Shown here: positions 49,848 to 58,043 of the stretch, in pieces | Numbering within the stretch: the stretch's first letter is position 1 | Layout: each line of letters starts with the position of its first letter | Source: a virus | Strand: one strand, 5' to 3' | Length of the DNA stretch: 64,000 nt | Virus record (IMG/VR): IMGVR_UViG_3300021963_006415 | Span: 28,632-92,631 of that record | Notes under the pieces: generated by a model | Seen by the model: the letters and a program-made list of their open reading frames with translations, nothing else | Told to the model about the DNA's origin: nothing | Databases searched by the model: none | Translations under genes and position numbers: made by a program

Positions 49848-50171
49848 TTAATACAGGTCTTTTTTTGTTAAAATTTTATAAAGTATCTCTACTTCCTCTT
49901 CTGTGGTTAATTCGGGAAGGTCTTCATCGAATAATCGCATAGTATAAAGGGTAATACCCTCCTCCGATTCAAACTCTGTAGACTCGGATGACCATAATGA
50001 TGGTATTGATTCTAAATTATTTTCTAATTCTTGCTGTGATACATCGATAAGCGGTATGATGTAGTAATGGTAGGTATCTTCTAAATTTTCATCCTTTACT
50101 TCTAATTTAATGCAAGGATTCCACTTAGTAAAGCTAACGTCTGTTATCGGAGTTTCTGGTACAATTATCAT
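49848..50171 (-). CDS. Acidic hypothetical protein
   Basis: 107-aa ORF with its own promoter. Confidence 0.6.
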   Translation of the reverse strand: MIIVPETPITDVSFTKWNPCIKLEVKDENLEDTYHYYIIPLIDVSQQELENNLESIPSLWSSESTEFESEEGITLYTMRLFDEDLPELTTEEEVEILYKILTKKDLY

Positions 50172-50176
50172 AATAC

Positions 50177-50208
50177 CAAATATATGTAAAAAATTTTAAA
50201 ATAACAAA
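50177..50208 (-). promoter_or_regulatory. Bacteroidota-type promoter
   Basis: TTTG-N20-TATATTTG ending 5 nt before ATG 50171, so the mRNA may be leaderless. Confidence 0.75.
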
Positions 50209-50209
50209 T

Positions 50210-50899
50210 TTAAATTAGATTAAATAACTCTGGTCTTTTATTTTTTAGTTCATTTAATTGTTCTTTTGTTAAATCCATATGTGTAAAGTCTGTTTCTTTA
50301 CTAAATAAAAACTTAAATCCTTTTATATTTTTATAATTTAAAAATAAATCATATATAAAATTACGATAAACAATATCAGGTTTAAAATTATAAACACCTC
50401 TAATTTGATTTATAAATCCATCTTTAGATATAACAACAACAACTCTACTATAATTAGAATTATCTATATCATATTCTCTAAGCTCTAAAAAATTTTGATA
50501 TGAATTCACTCTTCCACAATTATTCATTCTAAAAACCATTTCGGAACTATAATAGCAATTCAAATCAACCCAATATAATCCTATATTGTTTTTTCTATAA
50601 TCAAACAAAATATTATTATTTTCTATATAATTTTTTGATGTGTAAACTAATTTATTATTAATAACCCAATCTTTGTATAATTCTATTATATCGTTAATAG
50701 ATAATAACTCTAAGCCACCATATTTACCATTATTAACAAAATCTATATAATTTACAATTGGATAAACTATATCCGATACATATTTTGTTGATTTATGTGA
50801 TAGAGATATATTATCCGATTCAATTTTTTTTATAACGAAATCAGAATGCCTGTCGAAATGCGTTTTAATGTATTCTATATTTCTTATTATAGATGCCAT
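50210..50899 (-). CDS. Hypothetical protein, PcfJ-like C-terminal motif
   Basis: E...MNNCG...LELR...QIRGVYNFKP. Confidence 0.4.
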   Translation of the reverse strand: MASIIRNIEYIKTHFDRHSDFVIKKIESDNISLSHKSTKYVSDIVYPIVNYIDFVNNGKYGGLELLSINDIIELYKDWVINNKLVYTSKNYIENNNILFDYRKNNIGLYWVDLNCYYSSEMVFRMNNCGRVNSYQNFLELREYDIDNSNYSRVVVVISKDGFINQIRGVYNFKPDIVYRNFIYDLFLNYKNIKGFKFLFSKETDFTHMDLTKEQLNELKNKRPELFNLI

Positions 50900-51558
50900 T
50901 ATATTATTTTTTTATTATCAATTAATGAGTATAAAAAATGTGCAAAATTTAAATGACCATTAAATGAAAAGTGTGTATCCTTTATTAAACCATTCGTATG
51001 CTTATATATTGTTTCAAATGATGCGTATAGCTCATCATCATCTTCTAAAGACCATATGTAGCAAAACTTAACTTTGGTTTCGCTTAATAATCTTTTTTTT
51101 ATAAAATCAAATCTTTTTTTGTGTCTGTTTTTATAAAAAATATCATTTGAAAAATAATATTGAAAATTTAATATTGTTTCTATTTTATCTTTATCATTTA
51201 TACAATCTTTGTTCAAAATATTTTTAGCACCTTCATATGCTGATAATATGTGATGTATGTTATCATCAATAGGAACATCAATTCTTCCATATAAGGTTGT
51301 ATTTATTATAACAATATCATTATTTTGGATGGAATCAAAATTATCAATTATACTATCGAATATGTAGTCATTAGAAGCTCCATTTTTTCCAAAATTTTTA
51401 ACATCATAATTTAATAAATTACCTAAATGATTTGGCCAAATATCATCACCTTTATTCTTATATAAAGAATACTTCACACTAACATCGGATTTACAATTTA
51501 TATTACAACCATGACCAAATGTCATAGAATCTCCAAAAGTCCAAAGCACAGTACTCAT
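50899..51558 (-). CDS. SGNH/GDSL-like hydrolase/acyltransferase
   Basis: FGDSMTFG, WP, GKNGASN, DTHFSFNGH. Confidence 0.8.
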   Translation of the reverse strand: MSTVLWTFGDSMTFGHGCNINCKSDVSVKYSLYKNKGDDIWPNHLGNLLNYDVKNFGKNGASNDYIFDSIIDNFDSIQNNDIVIINTTLYGRIDVPIDDNIHHILSAYEGAKNILNKDCINDKDKIETILNFQYYFSNDIFYKNRHKKRFDFIKKRLLSETKVKFCYIWSLEDDDELYASFETIYKHTNGLIKDTHFSFNGHLNFAHFLYSLIDNKKII

Positions 51559-52166
51559 ATGAATCTTTTAATATTTTTTTTACAAAATTGAACATCTATA
51601 TCATATCTTTTTAAACTCTTTTTAAATAATTGTATTTCTGATGAATTGATTATATCGAAATCATTTTCTTTTAAAAAATTTATTACATCATCTATATAAT
51701 TAAAACTATTTAAATATAAATCTTCAAATAAAGATACTTCTACCTTGCCTCTTTTTATTATTGATATTTTTTCTCCAAATGATTTTAAAATTTTAAAATC
51801 CTCACCTTGAGCATCGCAATGAAAATAATCTACATAATTAATTTTATTTTGATTTAAAAACGCATCCATTCTTATAACATCTACCAATATTTTATCTACA
51901 TACTTTATTTTACTATTTTGATTAGCAAATTGAGTTAATTGATTTAAAGAAGAAGATAATCCATCACTTGCTAAATTAAAAAAGGAAGTTCCGTTAAAAT
52001 CACTAACCGCTTTTTCTATTATATTAACATTCTTATATCTTTTAAATTTGTTTTTTAATAAATTAGCATATATTGGATTTGGTTCAAAACACCAAACGTT
52101 TGCATTATCTAAAAAACCAATTGTGTGGCTTCCATCATTAGAGCCTATTTCAATTATATTTTTCAT
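51555..52166 (-). CDS. FkbM family methyltransferase
   Basis: IEIGSNDG, FEPNP, AVSD, HCDAQGED. Confidence 0.85.
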   Translation of the reverse strand: MKNIIEIGSNDGSHTIGFLDNANVWCFEPNPIYANLLKNKFKRYKNVNIIEKAVSDFNGTSFFNLASDGLSSSLNQLTQFANQNSKIKYVDKILVDVIRMDAFLNQNKINYVDYFHCDAQGEDFKILKSFGEKISIIKRGKVEVSLFEDLYLNSFNYIDDVINFLKENDFDIINSSEIQLFKKSLKRYDIDVQFCKKNIKRFI

Positions 52167-52861
52167 ATCAGTTTTCCGGATTTAAATAAATGCCTATTCA
52201 ACATTTTTTCAGCCATATGATATACTCCATTTTTTTCTAAATTATCATAAGATGGGTTACTATCAAATAAATAATTAATATTATTAAAATATAAATTAAT
52301 GTATTGTTGATTTAATGTAATTGGTGGAACACCATTGTACCTTTCAATAAAAAAATCATAATTCTTGTCTATAATTTTCAACACATCAGAATAAGATTTA
52401 TTAACGTTTAAATAATCATTAGTCGCCACTATACACGTGTTATTTAATTCGTTAAATTTTAGAGGGATGTTAGAATAACGTTTATATATTTCAGTAAAAT
52501 GCTCTGTTTGGGTTTCACTTAAAGGATGTTTGTAACCTAAGTTCAGTTTATCACCATCTACGATGTTCATTAATTTACTAAAATCTTCAACTAATAAATC
52601 ATTATCTAAATGTATAAATGGAAAATCAATTGTGGATAATACTTTTAATTTAGGATATGACCATAACGCGTTTCGATTATATTTTTCATCTATCTCAAAT
52701 TTAATCCATTTATATTTTAGACCCACCTGTTCGAAATAATCTTTATCGGAATATATCAAAGGAATGATGTTTTGACTATTTAAATTTTCAATAGAGTATT
52801 TTAAATATATTTCAGTAGTTTGTTTAAGTCTAATTGGTAAATATGTAAATACAACTTGCAT
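52163..52861 (-). CDS. Putative nucleotide-diphospho-sugar transferase-like protein
   Basis: WSYPKL...PFIHLDND (DxD). Confidence 0.55.
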   Translation of the reverse strand: MQVVFTYLPIRLKQTTEIYLKYSIENLNSQNIIPLIYSDKDYFEQVGLKYKWIKFEIDEKYNRNALWSYPKLKVLSTIDFPFIHLDNDLLVEDFSKLMNIVDGDKLNLGYKHPLSETQTEHFTEIYKRYSNIPLKFNELNNTCIVATNDYLNVNKSYSDVLKIIDKNYDFFIERYNGVPPITLNQQYINLYFNNINYLFDSNPSYDNLEKNGVYHMAEKMLNRHLFKSGKLI

Positions 52862-54114
52862 TATAATAAAGATTTTTTAATTAAAAATTCAGTTTTCAAA
52901 CCTCCATCAATTATCAAATCCAATAATGAATTTTCATTTTCTATTTTATACATTAGTTTGTTATGTACCAAATCGGACCATTCTTTACATAATCTATAAT
53001 TTTCATCAAAATTATGTAAAAAATCTTTAATAAAACATGCAAACATTTTTGAGTTTGCTCTAAATTCCTTAGATTCTTTATAAAAAGGATGCGGTCTTAC
53101 ACCTAACATAGATTGAACTATATCTAACGGATAATTATGCGTTGAAACAAAAGGTATCGAAGCTAATAGCAAGCTTAATGTTTTTTCTGAAAGATATTGT
53201 GATGTAAAATCTCTATCACTCCAAGACCAACTTTCGCATAATATTTGCATTTTGGATTTTGGAAGAACTCTAAAAAATACATCCATATATCCTTGGTGAT
53301 TTGCTATATAACTAATATCATCAAAATCTTTTTCACCATATATAGAATTGGTTTTTATATGAGTTATTTTTGGAGAATACTTTTCATATGCTTGATTTTG
53401 TAAAGCATTTGTATGTTGTAAATACAACCTATCATTTTTTAATTTACTTAATTCATTTATAATATTAATTCTGTTTATTTTATGATTCTTAATACTGTAC
53501 ATTAAATCATAATCAAAGTTTAATTTATCATATACTTGCTTAAACTCATAATACCATCTAACATTCCAATTTGTATTCCATTGAAATATTGTGTTTGTTA
53601 ATACATAATAAAAATTTGGGTACTGCTGTTTTATCGATTCGTTTAAAAAAAAATTATCTGTAATTATATGATGCTGACTCAATTGAGATATCAAAGATTC
53701 TATTTCTAACCATTTTTCATCAAAGTAATTAACATCTTTAGTTTGTAATATTTTTTCAGTTCTAAAATATGTTATTATCCATTTTTGATTTTTTGGACAA
53801 TTTTTTAATAAATTTATAAATATTTTTAAAATTTGTTGAGTTTCTCTTTCCATATACTGCATATCTGGCAGAATAGCACCTATTTTTGGGTCATTTTTCC
53901 CATATGAAAATGCCGCAAAATAATCTAATATATGGATACCATCTTCTTCAAAACTCATCTCTTGCTTAAAAATGAATTCTAATTTTGTATTATTGTACTT
54001 ACAAAATATACTTCCCTCATTATTATCTTTTATATCAAAGATTCTATTTGTAGTATTATGCGCTAATTTATAAAAAATAGATTTATTATAATAATGATGT
54101 ATGTATATTTTCAT
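52861..54114 (-). CDS. Hypothetical protein, glycosyltransferase-like C-terminus
   Basis: ILCES...YLSEKT...IPFV motif typical of GT-B-like phage proteins. Confidence 0.4.
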   Translation of the reverse strand: MKIYIHHYYNKSIFYKLAHNTTNRIFDIKDNNEGSIFCKYNNTKLEFIFKQEMSFEEDGIHILDYFAAFSYGKNDPKIGAILPDMQYMERETQQILKIFINLLKNCPKNQKWIITYFRTEKILQTKDVNYFDEKWLEIESLISQLSQHHIITDNFFLNESIKQQYPNFYYVLTNTIFQWNTNWNVRWYYEFKQVYDKLNFDYDLMYSIKNHKINRINIINELSKLKNDRLYLQHTNALQNQAYEKYSPKITHIKTNSIYGEKDFDDISYIANHQGYMDVFFRVLPKSKMQILCESWSWSDRDFTSQYLSEKTLSLLLASIPFVSTHNYPLDIVQSMLGVRPHPFYKESKEFRANSKMFACFIKDFLHNFDENYRLCKEWSDLVHNKLMYKIENENSLLDLIIDGGLKTEFLIKKSLL

Positions 54115-54725
54115 TAAATTAAATTATTTAAAATATTAGAATATGCAGATTCATTTATTCCCATTTTTTTCAATATTTCATTTGCTATATAGTAATGGCC
54201 TTTTACATTTGGGTGCCCAATCGAATCTATTGAATATTTATTTTTTATCATATGTTCTTTATTAATTAATAAAGATTTATCCCAATTTATTTCCGAATAT
54301 ACTGATAAATTTTTTACGCTAATATCTAAATCCATATAATTAAAAAAGAAATAATTAATTTTATTATTTTCTAAAAAATTTTGTAATAAGAACATATAAT
54401 GTAAAGTGTGTTTACTAGCCATAGGTTCAAATTTTGGAAATAATTCAGTCCAATCGTAAGGAGTAACTAAACGTTCACTTCCATCAATATCACAATGAGT
54501 TCTTCTAGATGGTCCGGACCATTGTAATATTACTAAATCTGGATTAGATTTTAATTTTAGTAAATCTTCTAACGCAGTATGCAATATCCAATCATTGCCA
54601 ACGCTACATTTTGAAGAATTTGTAATATCACAATTAAAATAACTTTTTAATAATGATGGATATGAATTTTGTTTATTTACCCCATAACCATAAGTAACTG
54701 AACATCCAATAGAATAAATAAACAT
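54114..54725 (-). CDS. SGNH/GDSL-like protein
   Basis: IGCSVTYG, GND, QWSGPSR, GHPNVKGH. Confidence 0.75.
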   Translation of the reverse strand: MFIYSIGCSVTYGYGVNKQNSYPSLLKSYFNCDITNSSKCSVGNDWILHTALEDLLKLKSNPDLVILQWSGPSRRTHCDIDGSERLVTPYDWTELFPKFEPMASKHTLHYMFLLQNFLENNKINYFFFNYMDLDISVKNLSVYSEINWDKSLLINKEHMIKNKYSIDSIGHPNVKGHYYIANEILKKMGINESAYSNILNNLI

Positions 54726-54727
54726 TT

Positions 54728-55216
54728 TTAAATTAATTTAGATTCTTCATTTTTAATTCTTAAACGATTATAACTATTTATATCAAATAAATTTTCATAG
54801 TATTGAATTTCAATATTTAATATCTTTGATAGTGTTTCTATTTCTTTAATCCATTTAAAGATATCACTTGTGCATAAATCTATAATATTTTTTGGCGGTT
54901 GTTTATAGCAATATTTATTATTAGAATTATACCCCTCTACTTTTGAAAAATAAGTTTGATATGAATGAGATTCTATCAACTCTTTTAAATTTTTTCTACT
55001 TAAAAGTATAACTTCATCAAATGATTTTGCTAATTCTAAATTATTGGGGTGGTGAGAAATTATCGTTTTAACAACTGAATTATTTTGATTATTATAAATA
55101 ACTCTATTAGTTCCATCAAATGGTTCAAAGAATGGTTTTAAATTTTTTTCATTTGCCAACCTATACATCAAAGATGTTGAGCCTGTTCTTGGTAAGGCTA
55201 TTATTAATATTTTCAT
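54728..55216 (-). CDS. Sulfotransferase-like (P-loop) protein
   Basis: IALPRTGSTSL (5'-PSB), FEPF, LSRKN...S, YYE. Confidence 0.7.
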   Translation of the reverse strand: MKILIIALPRTGSTSLMYRLANEKNLKPFFEPFDGTNRVIYNNQNNSVVKTIISHHPNNLELAKSFDEVILLSRKNLKELIESHSYQTYFSKVEGYNSNNKYCYKQPPKNIIDLCTSDIFKWIKEIETLSKILNIEIQYYENLFDINSYNRLRIKNEESKLI

Positions 55217-55776
55217 AAAAAAGATTTTTCTTTTTTCATAGGTATAAATCTATTTTCTTCCTCCGATAACCAAATATTTAAAGCATATCGTTCACCTTTG
55301 GTCACAGGCAAAACACCGTGAAAAATTTCATTTCCTATAAAAGATATACCATCTCCTTTAGAAAGTTTTATAAGTTTTATATTATTTAAATTTTCAAAAT
55401 GATAGTTGTTACTAACCTTATTTGTTATAGCAAATCTTCCATCTTCATACTCATCATTTAAAGTTATAACAATTGTTAAAGAACTACTGGAATCTTTATG
55501 TAAATTTAAATATCTTCCATCATAGTATGCAGTTAAACTTACGTTTATACTTTTTACTTTTAAAGATTCAAAATCCATCCATAAATTCCAATCCCCCGCT
55601 TTATATTTACTTTCTAATATTTTATATACTTTTAGCTTCAATTCCTCATCATAAATTCTTCTACAATCCCAATTTTCATTTGGATTATAATTAAATGGTA
55701 CTCCTATTTCTAATGCTTTTTTTAGAAAATAAGAACATTCATCATCATTAAAAAAATTATTTATTGTATAGTTCAT
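55213..55776 (-). CDS. 2OG-Fe(II) oxygenase
   Basis: LHKD...LNDEYEDG...HGVLPVTKGERY. Confidence 0.88.
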   Translation of the reverse strand: MNYTINNFFNDDECSYFLKKALEIGVPFNYNPNENWDCRRIYDEELKLKVYKILESKYKAGDWNLWMDFESLKVKSINVSLTAYYDGRYLNLHKDSSSSLTIVITLNDEYEDGRFAITNKVSNNYHFENLNNIKLIKLSKGDGISFIGNEIFHGVLPVTKGERYALNIWLSEEENRFIPMKKEKSFL

Positions 55777-56591
55777 ATTAGATGTGATTTTTTTACTGCA
55801 TCGTAATTTAATAAATTATTATTATCTATGAAACTAAATAATTCATCCGCAATAAATTTATATCCATTACTATTTGGGTGTTTACCCACAATATCCGACC
55901 AAGACTCATTATCTTCCCATACATCATTTTGTTTAGTATCTATTAGTAAGTCAGCCATTGTTTTGGTTTGATAACCCCAATATCGATTGATACCTATTAA
56001 ATTGGTTTTATTAATCAATGTATCTATATTTTTACTAATCATAGTATCAAACGCATCACAAAAAAGATATCTAATTCCTAACTCTTTGAACATAAACTGA
56101 AGATGAAGAATATAGTTTTGATTCACTATATCGTAGTATGCATCATTAAATAAATTAGCTATGTAGTAATTTCTAAAATTTTTCTCTGCTTTGTTATATT
56201 TTACACTATCTCCACTTATTCCATCAAATATATTTTTAAAAATATGTCCCTTACTTTTATATCGTTTACCCCATATAAAAAAATCATCTTCATTGTGAAA
56301 AAAAGGTAAGGGGTCTCTTAACGATGATGACCACATAACAACAACAAAATCATCTTTGGTGATAATTTCATTTTTCAGTTGATAAAAAATTGTATTAAAT
56401 ATTGCATTATTTGAGAAACCACCAACTCCATTATTTTTAACCTCACAACCAAGCGATTCAGACAGGTATTTTGGCCAACAATATTTTTGTCTTATTTTTG
56501 TTTTTTCTTCGGGAATATTGGTAGTATCTTCTTCTCTAATATTCCCACCAACTCCTTCTGTCCAGCTATCACCATATGTAAATAATTTCAT
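55773..56591 (-). CDS. SGNH/GDSL-like protein
   Basis: YGDSWTEG, WP, GGFSN, KHPNSNGY. Confidence 0.78.
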   Translation of the reverse strand: MKLFTYGDSWTEGVGGNIREEDTTNIPEEKTKIRQKYCWPKYLSESLGCEVKNNGVGGFSNNAIFNTIFYQLKNEIITKDDFVVVMWSSSLRDPLPFFHNEDDFFIWGKRYKSKGHIFKNIFDGISGDSVKYNKAEKNFRNYYIANLFNDAYYDIVNQNYILHLQFMFKELGIRYLFCDAFDTMISKNIDTLINKTNLIGINRYWGYQTKTMADLLIDTKQNDVWEDNESWSDIVGKHPNSNGYKFIADELFSFIDNNNLLNYDAVKKSHLI

Positions 56592-56594
56592 ACA

Positions 56595-57335
56595 CTATAT
56601 GATTGATAAGTTATTTTTAATAGAACCATCAATATACTTATTAACAAACTCTACTAACTCCGGTGTTCTCTTTACTTTAGAAGTTATTGAATTTTGATTT
56701 ACATGCATTAATTTAAAATCAACATTAAATTTATTAGACATATATGATTCAAATTCATACAATTTATCAAAATCAAATGTTTTAACTTTTACTCTATCGT
56801 TTAGAATCCAATGATATTGTGATGATAATCCAAATGTGTGAATTTGAAATCTATCATTGAACGCCTCATTAGTCAAATATTTTTGCTTAAACCCTAAATC
56901 GATTAATAATTTTTCAAAGAAAGATTTTCTAATATCTTGAGAGGAATAAATGTTTGTATATTCCGAATAGTTTTTTTTAATAAAATCAATTACAAACGAA
57001 TTATCTATATTTGTTAAATGATAAATAGTTTCTTCATCCGGATGTAGTTCACACATACCAGCTATAAAAAATCTCCAAGCGGATATAAACCTATCGGTAG
57101 AATCTCTTATTATTGAAACAAATTCAAAATCAGAACCAAAGCTAGCTATTAAAGAATGAAGTTTAGAATGTATGTGATTTCTTTTATTTTTCATTCTGAT
57201 ATTAGACCTAATCGAATTTTCCCATAAAGTATTTGGGAACTTTAAATCAAAACCATAAAATATACAGGATTCCTCTACAGACCAAGAAGCATTTTTAGGT
57301 ATTGGAATAAATGCAACTTTATCATTTATAATCAT
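56595..57335 (-). CDS. Sulfotransferase family 2-like protein
   Basis: FIPIPKNASWSV, H, IIRDSTDRFISAW (3'-PB), HVN. Confidence 0.78.
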   Translation of the reverse strand: MIINDKVAFIPIPKNASWSVEESCIFYGFDLKFPNTLWENSIRSNIRMKNKRNHIHSKLHSLIASFGSDFEFVSIIRDSTDRFISAWRFFIAGMCELHPDEETIYHLTNIDNSFVIDFIKKNYSEYTNIYSSQDIRKSFFEKLLIDLGFKQKYLTNEAFNDRFQIHTFGLSSQYHWILNDRVKVKTFDFDKLYEFESYMSNKFNVDFKLMHVNQNSITSKVKRTPELVEFVNKYIDGSIKNNLSII

Positions 57336-57336
57336 A

Positions 57337-57888
57337 TTAAATTAAACTTTTTGCGTTTTTAATTTTATTTTTTATTTGAAACCCCAAACTTAAAGTTATT
57401 CTAGGTTTATCACCAATAACAGGCGTAGAACCATGCATTACTTTTCCCGCAACACACCTCCAAACCATTTTTTCTTTAAGCTCGTTTATTTTTCCATTAT
57501 AAATTGAATGACCGCCTTCGTTTGGATACGATATTATTACATTATATCTAATGTGTGTATAACCTTCTAAATTTGGGTCACTATGTAGATGGATATTACC
57601 GCCGGCTTTATTTATACCAATACCATCTTCAAAATTTGGTTCTGTAACCCATTCATTAATTTTTTCTAAATTTATTATTCTATTTTTTATAGAACTAACT
57701 AACTCAAATATATTAGTATGAAATTCTTTTATAACCAAATACTTTCTAGAACCATATGGTGATGATTTTGATTCATTTACAGGAAAAATAAACTCATTTT
57801 CTTTTATCCAATTTAAAAAAGTTAATTGTTCACTATCGGATATAAAGTTTTCATACCCATATGTATCATATAGCTCGACTCGATTCAT
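57337..57888 (-). CDS. 2OG-Fe(II) oxygenase
   Basis: HLHSD...RYNV...EGG...HGSTPV...RITLSLG. Confidence 0.8.
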   Translation of the reverse strand: MNRVELYDTYGYENFISDSEQLTFLNWIKENEFIFPVNESKSSPYGSRKYLVIKEFHTNIFELVSSIKNRIINLEKINEWVTEPNFEDGIGINKAGGNIHLHSDPNLEGYTHIRYNVIISYPNEGGHSIYNGKINELKEKMVWRCVAGKVMHGSTPVIGDKPRITLSLGFQIKNKIKNAKSLI

Positions 57889-57908
57889 AACTAATTAAAT
57901 TAAATTAT

Positions 57909-58025
57909 TTATTGAGTAACATCCGTATATATAATAGATGCAACTTCTTGCATTATAGTTGCTATGCTAGAATTTGTAGATGAGCTTGTTAATACTACTT
58001 CTGATGATATGATTTTTGGTTTCAT
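57909..58025 (-). CDS. 38-aa Ser/Thr-rich peptide (unannotated)
   Basis: Manual translation MKPKIISSEVVLTSSSTNSSIATIMQEVASIIYTDVTQ; fills the gap between 58044 and 57888. Confidence 0.65.
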   Translation of the reverse strand: MKPKIISSEVVLTSSSTNSSIATIMQEVASIIYTDVTQ

Positions 58026-58043
58026 TTTATTAAATTATTTATA

